Of a DNA stretch of 64,000 nt, positions 10,390-19,485 are shown piece by piece. A program made the translations under genes and the position numbers. Origin of the DNA: an uncultured Sphingomonas sp. (GTDB lineage: Bacteria; Pseudomonadota; Alphaproteobacteria; Sphingomonadales; Sphingomonadaceae); the NCBI GenBank assembly GCA_913775795.1, contig CAJYLT010000042.1:8669-72668 (forward strand), read 5' to 3'. The notes beneath the pieces were generated by a model, which was given only the letters and a program-made list of their open reading frames with translations, ran no database searches and was not told the origin of the DNA. Position 1 is the first letter of the stretch; each line of letters starts with the position of its first letter.

Positions 10390-11405
10390 GCCGGGGGCGG
10401 GTGGTCATCACGGCCGAAAGCGATGCCGGTCACCGCAAGGACTATCTCGAGTTTCTCCAGCGTCTGTTCGCTGCGTCTGGCATATCGAGCGTATGTCGCG
10501 GGCTTCGCTTCGGTGACATCGCCGAGCGTGACCCGATCCTGTCGACGATGTTCGAGGAACATCCGTTCCGTCTCCTGCTCATCGCGGCGCTCCGCGCCTG
10601 TTGGGGCAGACGGACCGCGACGTTGCTGTTCCGGGGAGTCGAGGCTGCCGAAGGCCAAGGTATGCGGCTGAAGTCAAAGCGGTTCGCGCTCCGCCTCGCA
10701 AAGCGCCTGCCCCGCGTAACGATCCTGTCGATCGTTCCGAGCTATCTCCATCCCGGGCTCGCATCGGTTACCAGCGATTGGATCTACGACCTGCAATTTT
10801 GGGATCGGACGCTCGAAGAGTTGCCGCTCGACGGCGCAGTGATGCGGATGGTTCGCGAAAAGGGCGGCGGGCGACTGCTAATTGCCTGCCTCGGCCGGCA
10901 AGACCGGGAAAAAGGGCTAGGCGAGTTGGTCGACATCGTGCGGGCCACCCCGGCGCTTAGCGATCGGATTGCCATCGTTTCGGCGGGTAGAATCGATCTT
11001 GCGCTTGCGAGCGTGCAAGCCGATCTCGCCCGCTTCGGCGCGGTCGTCATCGATCGCTTCATCAGCGACGATGAACTTCTTCAGGTCTACGCCGCCGCCG
11101 ATGTTATCTGGGCTTGCTATGCCCCCATCTATGACCAGTCGTCCGGCATATTCGGCCGCGCGCTTCAGTTCGGAAAGCGCGTGCTGGTTCGCGAGGGGAG
11201 CGCCATCCAGCACATTGCGATCGCCCTTCGCGCTCCGGCTGTCGCGATCCCTTGGGGCGATCATCGACGCGCCGCCGACATCCTGAACGAGATTGCCGAT
11301 GGCTCCTTGGGAGCCGAGGCGTTCGACGCGGCGAGCATCCGAGGTGAAAGCGTCGCCAAGCTCGCCAGTGCGCTCGGTCTCGATCTGAAGGCGCTCCCAC
11401 GGTGA
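10386..11405 (+). CDS. Putative GT-B fold glycosyltransferase
   Basis: ATGA overlap with the upstream gene; GH motif near the N-terminus, LGRQDREKG, ADVIWACY, SSGIFGRALQFGK. Confidence 0.72.
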   Translation: MSRGRVVITAESDAGHRKDYLEFLQRLFAASGISSVCRGLRFGDIAERDPILSTMFEEHPFRLLLIAALRACWGRRTATLLFRGVEAAEGQGMRLKSKRFALRLAKRLPRVTILSIVPSYLHPGLASVTSDWIYDLQFWDRTLEELPLDGAVMRMVREKGGGRLLIACLGRQDREKGLGELVDIVRATPALSDRIAIVSAGRIDLALASVQADLARFGAVVIDRFISDDELLQVYAAADVIWACYAPIYDQSSGIFGRALQFGKRVLVREGSAIQHIAIALRAPAVAIPWGDHRRAADILNEIADGSLGAEAFDAASIRGESVAKLASALGLDLKALPR

Positions 11406-12772
11406 CGCTGCGCCGGAATGTCGGCTGGAACGTGGTCGAGGTGGTCGTATCCAGCCTGGTCCTGTTTCTCGTCTTCAAGTTGATCGTGGCGCAGTTGGGC
11501 GTGACGTCGCTCGGTGTCTGGTCGCTCGTGCTTTCAGTCACGTCGATTGCTCGGGTGGCCGATGTGGGTGCAGCCGCCGGCCTGTCCCGTTATGTCGGCA
11601 TCGCACGCGTGGCGAAGGATGCGGAGGCGGATCGAGACGCGCTTCGCTATGTGCGGACCGCGTTCGGCGTCAACGGGCTCCTCTACGTGATCCTGGCGCT
11701 CCTCATCTGGTGGCCTGCATGGAAGGCCCTGCCGCTCGTCACGCACGGAAGCGACCTTGTCGAGGCGCGGGCGCTGCTCCCCTATGCCGTTGCCTCCTTC
11801 GCGATGCTGAACGTGGCCTCGGTTGCGACGATCGCGCTGATCGGGCTGGGCCGCGGGGAGCGGAAGAGCATGCTGACACTGGGCGCGACCGCAGTGCAGG
11901 CGGTCGTCGCGATCGCCGCAATCGGGCGGTTCGGACTGGTCGGCGTCGCGATGGGGCAGATCGCGCAATATCTGGTGCTCACGATCGGTGGCTGGCTTCT
12001 CATCCGCCGCGAGTTGCGGATGGCGGCGAGCGGATGGTCGCCGTTCGCGATCGACCGCGCAGCGCTTCGCGAGATGCTGGGCTTCGGCGCGCGGTTGCAG
12101 GGCCTGAACATCGTCGCCTTCCTGTTCGAGCCGTTGGTCAAGATCGCCATTTCCTCGACGGCAGGGCTGGCGACGCTTGGTCTCTACGAACTCGCGTCGC
12201 GCACGATCCTCCAGGTCCGTCAGGTGGTGGTGACGCCGACACAGAACCTGACGCCGATTTATGCCGCGTCGTTCGCCTCCGACCGGGCGGCGCTCGATCG
12301 CACCTATCAGCAGACGAGTAGCGTCACGATCGCGATCGCGGCGATCATGATGGGCGCGATCTTCGTAGGATCGCCGGTGCTCAGCCTGATCTGGCTGGGG
12401 CGGATCGATCCATCGTTCGTCGCCTATTCGATGTTGCTGTCGGTGGGTTGGTTTGGGAACATTGCAGCGTCCCCCGCCTATCTGCTCGGCGTCGCGACCG
12501 GGGTTCTGCGCTGGAACATCGTCGCTGCGGGTATCCTCTCGTTCGGATGCCCGATTTTCGTCCTTGCTCTGCATCGCCTCGGTGCGACGGCGCTGACGGT
12601 GCCCGCGATCGCGGTGAGCGTGCTGGTCGGCGGGATCGTGATGCTACGCGGGAACGCGCGAGCGGTAGAGGTTGCCGTTCTGCCGGGCCGCGCGGTCTGG
12701 CGCGATATCTGGAATGCCCTGCGCACGCGGCTCGGCCTTCGCCCGCCGCCGGTATCGAGGGAGGTTCCGTGA
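11402..12772 (+). CDS. wzx: Wzx-type oligosaccharide flippase
   Basis: About 12 TM; LRRNVGWN, LGVTSLGVWSL, LGLYELA MOP-family pattern. Confidence 0.85.
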   Translation: MTLRRNVGWNVVEVVVSSLVLFLVFKLIVAQLGVTSLGVWSLVLSVTSIARVADVGAAAGLSRYVGIARVAKDAEADRDALRYVRTAFGVNGLLYVILALLIWWPAWKALPLVTHGSDLVEARALLPYAVASFAMLNVASVATIALIGLGRGERKSMLTLGATAVQAVVAIAAIGRFGLVGVAMGQIAQYLVLTIGGWLLIRRELRMAASGWSPFAIDRAALREMLGFGARLQGLNIVAFLFEPLVKIAISSTAGLATLGLYELASRTILQVRQVVVTPTQNLTPIYAASFASDRAALDRTYQQTSSVTIAIAAIMMGAIFVGSPVLSLIWLGRIDPSFVAYSMLLSVGWFGNIAASPAYLLGVATGVLRWNIVAAGILSFGCPIFVLALHRLGATALTVPAIAVSVLVGGIVMLRGNARAVEVAVLPGRAVWRDIWNALRTRLGLRPPPVSREVP

Positions 12773-13599
12773 CCCGTTTCGTGCTGCTGACCTATGCCAC
12801 GCCCGATTTCGAGCGGTTCCGATCGCGGTTGTGCGAAGACGCGAGGCGAGCGGGGTATCACCGGCTGGAAGCGCGTGGGCCGGCCGATTTCCTGTCCACG
12901 GCGTTCGCCGCGAAGCATCGCGGGATCGTCAGCCAACCGCGCGGGGCGGGCTACTGGCTTTGGAAGCCCTATTATCTGCGCGAGGTTCTGCCGACGCTCG
13001 CCGCCGACGAGGTGTTGGTTTATTCGGATGCCGGGCGGGACGATTCATACCGGGTGACGCCGCTGCCGACGGCGCTCGCCAAGCGGGTGCAAACGAACGG
13101 ACGCGGCTTCGTGGTGGGACCGACGATCCCGCATCTGGGTCCGATCAGCCAATGGACCAAGCGGGACGCGCTACGCTTGCTCGGCGGAGACGAGCCCTCA
13201 CTGTACGGGCGTCCCGTCGTACAGGCGACCACCAGCGTTTGGCGCAACCAGCCGGAGGCAGTCGCGTTCGTCGATGCGTGGCTGCAAGCGTCGACGGATC
13301 CCCGGACGCTGACAGACCAGCCGAACGAACTGGGCTATCCGAATCATCCTGATTTCGAGGATCACCGGCATGACCAGAGCGTCCTGTCCATCCTCGCCTA
13401 TCGCCTGAACGCCGACGTCCTGGATTATGGCGACACGATCATGATGCGCCTGATGCGGGCGCGCCCGCAGTCGACCCTTGCCCAAAAGTTTCTGAAGTCG
13501 CTCGGCAATGTCGAACGGATCGAGCGTGGGATGCCGGCTGCGTTGCTATATGGTCTGGCGAACGCGAAGCACGTGCTGACCAGCCGCGTTGCGCCCTGA
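12769..13599 (+). CDS. Putative GT-A-like glycosyltransferase or polysaccharide-modifying protein
   Basis: GTGA overlap with the flippase stop; RGAGYWLWKPY, VYSDAG, QWTKRD, DHRHDQSVLS motifs. Confidence 0.65.
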   Translation: MTRFVLLTYATPDFERFRSRLCEDARRAGYHRLEARGPADFLSTAFAAKHRGIVSQPRGAGYWLWKPYYLREVLPTLAADEVLVYSDAGRDDSYRVTPLPTALAKRVQTNGRGFVVGPTIPHLGPISQWTKRDALRLLGGDEPSLYGRPVVQATTSVWRNQPEAVAFVDAWLQASTDPRTLTDQPNELGYPNHPDFEDHRHDQSVLSILAYRLNADVLDYGDTIMMRLMRARPQSTLAQKFLKSLGNVERIERGMPAALLYGLANAKHVLTSRVAP

Positions 13600-14934
13600 C
13601 TGGAAATCCGCGGCGATCACTGCGTCGCGCCCGCGCCGATTCAAAAAGCCGAAGACGAAAACAGCCGCGAGGATAGGCAGGGTCGAACGGTTACCGAACG
13701 GATGCTCGATGAAGGCATCGACGACCAGTGCAATGAGCGCACATGAAACCGCCTGTGAAAACCTTGCTGCGTTTCGGATGGGCTCTGGTTTGGATATCCA
13801 TGTCATACGCACGGAATTGACAACAGCTCCGACAAACAGCGCGGGTACGATCGACCCGCCCAACAAACCAAGCGAAAAGAAAGAATAAACCCATACCGAG
13901 TGGCCGAACTCGCTCCAGCCCGTATCTCCATCACGACTGACGACGCCTGCCTGGCGCAACTCAATCAAAGTATCGTAATCAAGATCGTAAGGCGCGCCGA
14001 GGCCTACGCCGAAGCCAAGTTTTGGGAGTGTGCTGGTCAACTGTTCGAACTGTGAACGGTACTCTGCGACGCGGGTAAGCGTGGTCGGGTCAGCCGAATA
14101 GCCACGTCCGGCTTCCAGGCGACTGACCCAATTCTGTACCGTCTGCGATTCAGGGTTAAGGGCAGCCGCCGCAAATAGACTGGCCGTGACGCCGACCATA
14201 ATGAACAGGCGCTGGAAATTGCCCTGCCGCGCCTGAAGAAGCAAATAATACAGGCCAGCCAGAACGACGCCGCCGGCAGCACCGCGCGTCGTCGACAAAA
14301 CCATCATGACCAAGCCGAACGGCGCGATAACGAATGAAACCCAGCGCTTTCCACGGATGTCAAGAAGAGGAAGGCAGAGCGCCAGTCCGATCATCATGCT
14401 CGTAGGGAAGAGCTTGTATCTGGCGTCCTTGACAGCAATACCTTGTGCGACCACGGCGTGAAAAGAAGAGGTTATCGTCGATAACACAGCTGAGATGAGA
14501 ACCAGCTTGAGCAGTGTGATAGGCGATCCCCCCGCTCGAAGGAACCGGTGAATTACGAAGATTTCAGTTGTCAGGACCAAGAAGCGCAATTCAAGCTTCA
14601 GGAAGGTCATCACATCCTGATGTCGAAAAACCTGAAGCACTACCGGGTAGATAATCAGCGCGAGCGCAAGTCGCTCGAGATTACGCGAATTCTTACCCAG
14701 CGCGATCACGGGTGGAGGGCAGGATAGCCACGAATAGCCGCACGCGGCGAAGAACGCTGCCATCAGGATGTATTGGAATGCGCTTCCGCCAGCCTCGGAT
14801 CCGCGAAAGTCCAGGCATAGTATCAGCAGCGTGGCACCGACAGCGATTGTCGCACGCGACATCGATCGTGACGGCGCACGATCTCGAACCGCAGATACGA
14901 AGGAGGGCGGCAGATAGGCGGCGCTCATGCCCAT
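13546..14934 (-). CDS. O-antigen polymerase (Wzy)/ligase-family membrane protein, low GC
   Basis: About 10-11 TM; STTRGA, FGVGLG, GHSVWVY..GLLG motifs; last gene of the minus-strand transferase block. Confidence 0.78.
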   Translation of the reverse strand: MGMSAAYLPPSFVSAVRDRAPSRSMSRATIAVGATLLILCLDFRGSEAGGSAFQYILMAAFFAACGYSWLSCPPPVIALGKNSRNLERLALALIIYPVVLQVFRHQDVMTFLKLELRFLVLTTEIFVIHRFLRAGGSPITLLKLVLISAVLSTITSSFHAVVAQGIAVKDARYKLFPTSMMIGLALCLPLLDIRGKRWVSFVIAPFGLVMMVLSTTRGAAGGVVLAGLYYLLLQARQGNFQRLFIMVGVTASLFAAAALNPESQTVQNWVSRLEAGRGYSADPTTLTRVAEYRSQFEQLTSTLPKLGFGVGLGAPYDLDYDTLIELRQAGVVSRDGDTGWSEFGHSVWVYSFFSLGLLGGSIVPALFVGAVVNSVRMTWISKPEPIRNAARFSQAVSCALIALVVDAFIEHPFGNRSTLPILAAVFVFGFLNRRGRDAVIAADFQSGRNAAGQHVLRVRQTI

Positions 14935-14937
14935 TGT

Positions 14938-15567
14938 TCAAGTCCCTCCTATTGCGATGGGGGCCCCATCCCGCCGGATACTCGCCTCATGCGCCGCCGC
15001 GTCATCCGCGGCGAAACGCTCACGGATGACGCGGGCGGGGACGCCGGCGACGATGGTGTAGGGCGCAACGTCCCTCGTCACAACCGATCCTGAACCGACG
15101 ACGGCGCCGGCGCCGATCGTGACGCCTTCGACGATCGTCACCCGCTGGCCGACCCAAGCGTCCAGCTCGAACGTCGTGACCGGCCGCTCGCCTTCCGGCC
15201 AGCCGAGTCGGGTGGGGGTACCGATCAGGTCGGTCCGGTGGTCGGCGCCGACGATCTGGCAGTCGGCGGCTACCATGCACAGGTCGGCGACGACGATCGG
15301 CCCCGTCGCGCTGAACCCGCCGCCGAGATACGCGTAGCGGCCGATCCGCGATCCTACGCCAAAGACGGGCGGGCGGCGGCGATCCCACTGGAAGCCCTCG
15401 CCGATCTCCGCCGCGCCGGTCCGTCGCCGGAGCGTCGGCAGCAGCAACGCGCGCAGGCGCCGTTTCCATACCGGCTCGACCTCGGCGCGGCAGCGCGCGA
15501 TCACTGCCTCTGCGGCGCGATCCGGCGCGGCCAGCGCGCGCGATGCGGGACGGCGGTTCCTAGCCAT
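14938..15567 (-). CDS. CatB/Vat-like hexapeptide-repeat O-acetyltransferase
   Basis: DAWVG..VTIVEGVTIGAGAVVGSGSVVTRDVAPYTIVAGVPARVIRERF; start ATG 15567 overlaps the upstream stop. Confidence 0.88.
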   Translation of the reverse strand: MARNRRPASRALAAPDRAAEAVIARCRAEVEPVWKRRLRALLLPTLRRRTGAAEIGEGFQWDRRRPPVFGVGSRIGRYAYLGGGFSATGPIVVADLCMVAADCQIVGADHRTDLIGTPTRLGWPEGERPVTTFELDAWVGQRVTIVEGVTIGAGAVVGSGSVVTRDVAPYTIVAGVPARVIRERFAADDAAAHEASIRRDGAPIAIGGT

Positions 15568-16717
15568 GGGGACGATCGCCGACGACTTCGTGCAATTGCG
15601 CAGCGATGAGCTCGGCCTGGATTTCGGGCGTCCAGCGCGCCTCGATCTCCGCGCGGCAGGCGGCGCGAACCGCCGCTCGATCAGTCGCTTTGTCGAGCCA
15701 GCCGGTGATCGTGTCGGCCAGGTCGTGTGCGTCGTCGACGGCGAAGAACGCCCCCGTTTCACCCGGACGCACCGCAGCTACCTCCGGCATCTGCCGGTCG
15801 AGCGCGCCATGCGTGATGACGGGCGTGCCGTACATCATCGAATGCATCGCGGTCAGCCCGACCTTCCCAGGCGAGACGGTGACGTCAGCGCCGTAGAGCA
15901 GCGGGCCAATCGCGTCCTCGTCGTAGACCGCACCGTAAAAATGCGCGTCGACGCCGAGTGCGCGCGCCTGCCGCTCGAGCGCATCGCGGCAGGGCCCATC
16001 GCCGACGAGCAGCACGTTGACCGGCGTACCACGCGCGCCCAGCATCGCCGCTGCCTCCAGTAACAGGTCGAAGCGACACAGCGGCGTCAGGCGCGCCGTG
16101 CAGATGATGAGGGGGCGGGCGGGATCGGCGAACAGTCGGCGCGGATCGGCATCTGCATGCTCGCCGTTTTCAATCGAGCGGACGACCGCGCTTGCGGCAG
16201 CGACGTCGAGGCTGTTGAAGATGACCGACACGCGCTCGGCCGGGAATCCGCTGCTCTCGGCGAGTAACCGGGCTCGGGGCGCATAGACCAGCACGCGGTC
16301 GGCCAGCCTGAAGAAGAGGTGGCGATAGGCCCTGCGCAGCCCGCGATGCTCGCGCAGCCAGCCATGCCCCCAGAACATCACGCGGCGCCCGCGCAGGCGT
16401 GCCGCCACCGCCCCCAACCACGTCGACGCAAAACGCGGGTCACCGAGATAGACGATCACGTCGTAGTCGCGCAGCGCCGCAGTGATTCCGGCGGTCTGCC
16501 AGCTGATCGGCCCGAGTGGGCGGAAGGATACGGGCTCGAAATGGCGAACCGCGTCCGGGTGGGCAAGCGCGATGCCCCAGCGCTCGTCCACGCTACCGAA
16601 AAAGGTGATGTCGAGCGTGGGGTCGCGATCGAGCGCGGCCATCACCGGCTCTCGATAATGCGCCCAGAAATGATACACCATCGCCACCCTGAGCGGTGCG
16701 GCGCGTCGGGATGTCAT
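15560..16717 (-). CDS. Glycosyltransferase family 4
   Basis: HYREP, WGHG, TARL, VGDGP, SMMYGTPVITH, GETG; start ATG 16717. Confidence 0.9.
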   Translation of the reverse strand: MTSRRAAPLRVAMVYHFWAHYREPVMAALDRDPTLDITFFGSVDERWGIALAHPDAVRHFEPVSFRPLGPISWQTAGITAALRDYDVIVYLGDPRFASTWLGAVAARLRGRRVMFWGHGWLREHRGLRRAYRHLFFRLADRVLVYAPRARLLAESSGFPAERVSVIFNSLDVAAASAVVRSIENGEHADADPRRLFADPARPLIICTARLTPLCRFDLLLEAAAMLGARGTPVNVLLVGDGPCRDALERQARALGVDAHFYGAVYDEDAIGPLLYGADVTVSPGKVGLTAMHSMMYGTPVITHGALDRQMPEVAAVRPGETGAFFAVDDAHDLADTITGWLDKATDRAAVRAACRAEIEARWTPEIQAELIAAQLHEVVGDRPHG

Positions 16718-17847
16718 CGATAGTCCATCGCAAGCGCCATGCGAAGCTTGGCCATCATCCAGCCGGCACCCACGTCTGCAACCAGGTTGCGACCGGCCCA
16801 TTCGTGGCGCTCGATCCTCCGCTCATGTTTCAACGCGTCGCTCTCGATCAGATCGGTAACGGCCTGCGCGATCGCAGCCGGGTGCCGGGGCGGTATCGTC
16901 CTGCCACGGATAGGGTCCTGAAGGCAAATAGAGGCACCGACCACGTCGCTGGTGATCGCGGCGGCACCGCATAGCAACGCCTCGCTGACGATGACGCCCC
17001 AGCCGTCGTCCGTGGTATGCGAGGGCTGGATGAGGATATCGACTGCTTCCAGCAGTATCGGTACGCGAGCCATCGGCACCACGCCCTCGAAACGGATGTG
17101 CGGATTTGCGTCGGCCATCGCCCGGGCGCTATCGGCAAGAACGCCTGCGCCGGCGATCACCGCGTCGACCGTCGCGCCAAGCGCATCGACGGCGGTCAGG
17201 AAATCCGCGAAGCCCTTTTCCGGTACGAGCCGCCCGACATAGGCGATCGTCGGCCGTCGCGGTGCGCGGACGGGCGGGGGATCGCGCGGGGGAATGAAAT
17301 AGGCGAACGGGACGATGCGCCCGGGCCTATAGCCGGTCGACCGGAACCAGGCAGCGCCATGCGCGCCGATCGCGAAGACGAGCATCGCGCGCTGCCGGAT
17401 TCGTCCCTCCGTCAGCCAGCTCTGCAGCCAGCGCAGGCGCCCGCGGAAACCCTCCCGCACGCGTGGCTCGTGAATGATCGCGAAGCGCCAGCCTTCGACC
17501 TGGCAATATCTCAGTCCGCGGGCGATGCACGGAACCCGGCGAAGGCCCAGGAACAGGTGAACGGTCCCGCGCGGCAATGCGGCCATCTTCGCCCGCTGCT
17601 GGGCGGCATCGAGCCCGATATGCTGGTCGAACGTAATCGGCGCGTCCGCATCCCAGCCGAGCGCGATCCGCTCGGACGGCACGCCCTCCTGCACGAATGT
17701 CGTCACCGATGCCACGTCGCCGCGCGCGGCAAGCGCGGCGATCAACGGCGAGAGATGCGGCGAAGTCTGCGGCAGATAGAAGGCCAGATGCAGAGGCGGC
17801 GCGGCCGATGCTGCGGCATCGACCGCATCCTGATCCAACTCGAACAT
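16714..17847 (-). CDS. Glycosyltransferase family 4
   Basis: YVGRLVPEKG, DILIQPS, DGWGVIVSEALLCG; start ATG 17847 inferred. Confidence 0.9.
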   Translation of the reverse strand: MFELDQDAVDAAASAAPPLHLAFYLPQTSPHLSPLIAALAARGDVASVTTFVQEGVPSERIALGWDADAPITFDQHIGLDAAQQRAKMAALPRGTVHLFLGLRRVPCIARGLRYCQVEGWRFAIIHEPRVREGFRGRLRWLQSWLTEGRIRQRAMLVFAIGAHGAAWFRSTGYRPGRIVPFAYFIPPRDPPPVRAPRRPTIAYVGRLVPEKGFADFLTAVDALGATVDAVIAGAGVLADSARAMADANPHIRFEGVVPMARVPILLEAVDILIQPSHTTDDGWGVIVSEALLCGAAAITSDVVGASICLQDPIRGRTIPPRHPAAIAQAVTDLIESDALKHERRIERHEWAGRNLVADVGAGWMMAKLRMALAMDYR

Positions 17848-17897
17848 CGGCGCGCCCCCCGGTCGGCCCAATAACGGTGCGTGCGCCCTGCCACAGG

Positions 17898-17912
17898 TCA
17901 ATGAATCGTTAA
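17898..17912. promoter_or_regulatory. Candidate CtrA site (TCAA-N7-TTAA)
   Basis: TCAAtgaatcgTTAA, one mismatch to TTAA-N7-TTAA, in the gap upstream of the GT4 block. Confidence 0.4.
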
Positions 17913-17941
17913 AGCACGAAGATCGGACCAAAAAGGGTCAG

Positions 17942-19069
17942 CTAGAGCCCGGCCTGCGTCATATTGAACACGACGGGTCGTTGGATCGAAACCTTCTGAA
18001 TGGCGGTGCCGGTCGTGGTCGCCTGGATCATCAAGGCGCAGGGCCCCGCACCGACCGTCGCCTCGGTATAGAGCCACTGGTCGAGCCCGTTTACCTGATC
18101 CTCGTCATAGGTGAGGAACCCGTTGCTGCTGCCGCTGCCGCCGTTCAGGAACACGCGGGTCTTGAGCGTCCCCGGCGTGCAGCCCGTCGACCGGACGCGG
18201 CAACCGATCGCGACGCGGTCGCCCGTCGTCCAGCCGAGTGCAGACAACGACTGCCCGCTCCCCTGGAAGCCGACATTGGTGACTGGACCCGTAAATGTCG
18301 CCGACAACCAGTTGCCGAAGCTTCCGTCCGTTGCCGCTTCGACGGCATAGGTCGCGCCGCTGCCGACCGCGAACCAGCTTGTCGGAACCGCTGTTCCGAC
18401 GCCGCCGAAGCTGACGGCGTTGCGGCAGAGGAGGCCGTTGGCGTCGGTCGTTTCGTCCAGCAGCGCGCCGAACGGCGACAGGCGGCCGGGATTGTCCAGC
18501 ACCGCCTGCAGTTCGCCGGCGATCGCGTCGATGCCGAGAGCACTCGGGTGCACGCCGTCGACGTTCATGCCCGGCGCATAGCCGCCAGCGGCGGCGACGC
18601 TCGGCCAGCCGTTCGCATGCGCGATGCCCTCGCGCGCGCAATAGAGCTGGCGCCAGAGCTGGAGCGCGGCATGCTGCTTGTGGCGGGTGCCGTCGCCTTG
18701 GTTGGGCAGCATGCCCAGATCCACCGGCTCGACCCCCGATGCGCGCAGCCGTCGCCACGTCTCGATCAGGTTGGCGCGGGCCGTGGCGACCGGAATGCCT
18801 TGTGCGATGTCGTTGGTGCCGCCGTTCACGACGCACCGACGCACGCCGGTCGCGACAGCGGCGGGGACCGTCGCCAGGATCTGATCGGTGCGGGTGCCGC
18901 CCACGCCGAGTATGTGGCTCGGGTTGACGCGATAGCGACCGGATCGGTTCGCGGCCCGCTGGACGATCGATCCGCCAGCGATGAAGGTCGAAATGCTGTC
19001 GCCGATGACCGACAAATTGCCGTCCGACGTGCGGGCTGGCGTCGGCAGCGGTGCAAGATAGCTGAGCAT
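17942..19069 (-). CDS. SGNH/GDSL esterase with beta-rich C-terminal domain; candidate head-spike fibre
   Basis: Complete SGNH blocks IGDSIS, GVGG, NGGTND, DGVHP; GGAGG RBS; no signal peptide; G/T/S-rich C-terminal half. The esterase call is firm, the fibre role is inferred. Confidence 0.85.
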   Translation of the reverse strand: MLSYLAPLPTPARTSDGNLSVIGDSISTFIAGGSIVQRAANRSGRYRVNPSHILGVGGTRTDQILATVPAAVATGVRRCVVNGGTNDIAQGIPVATARANLIETWRRLRASGVEPVDLGMLPNQGDGTRHKQHAALQLWRQLYCAREGIAHANGWPSVAAAGGYAPGMNVDGVHPSALGIDAIAGELQAVLDNPGRLSPFGALLDETTDANGLLCRNAVSFGGVGTAVPTSWFAVGSGATYAVEAATDGSFGNWLSATFTGPVTNVGFQGSGQSLSALGWTTGDRVAIGCRVRSTGCTPGTLKTRVFLNGGSGSSNGFLTYDEDQVNGLDQWLYTEATVGAGPCALMIQATTTGTAIQKVSIQRPVVFNMTQAGL

Positions 19070-19080
19070 GGTCGCCTCCT

Positions 19081-19422
19081 TCAGTCGAGATTTGACACGG
19101 CGGCGACCGCGGTCGTCTCGCCCGCCACGATCGTCTTCGCCTCGAACGGCAGGATCGTCAGGCCTGCTGCGACGGGCACCGTCAGGACGGTGTCGCTGGC
19201 CAGGCGGAGGGCGACGTTGCCGCCGCGCGTCGCGACGATCGCTACCGCGCGACCGGGGCTCTGATCGACGCCCGCAACGAACGGCGTCGCCCGGCGATAG
19301 CTTCGTTCCCGCATCGGCATGGGGTCGTCGGGCGTCACCGCGACCGCGCTGCCATCGAGCGCGGCGAAGTTCAGTGCGGCGCGGGGCACGAACCCGCCCG
19401 GCGCATCGGTGTTGATCGGCAT
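19081..19422 (-). CDS. Small beta-rich protein, candidate GTA/phage head-spike base protein (Rcc01079/GhsA-like)
   Basis: GGGAG RBS; AVAVTP.D..RAVAIV..GGNVALRL..DTVLT.PV.AG.TILP..AK.IVA..TTA resembles my recollection of the Rcc01079 family pattern. Confidence 0.62.
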   Translation of the reverse strand: MPINTDAPGGFVPRAALNFAALDGSAVAVTPDDPMPMRERSYRRATPFVAGVDQSPGRAVAIVATRGGNVALRLASDTVLTVPVAAGLTILPFEAKTIVAGETTAVAAVSNLD

Positions 19423-19485
19423 CTGTCGGCTCCCATTCCCGTTTCGGAAAGCTGGGGCCTAGATCAATCGGACGCCTGTAGGACA

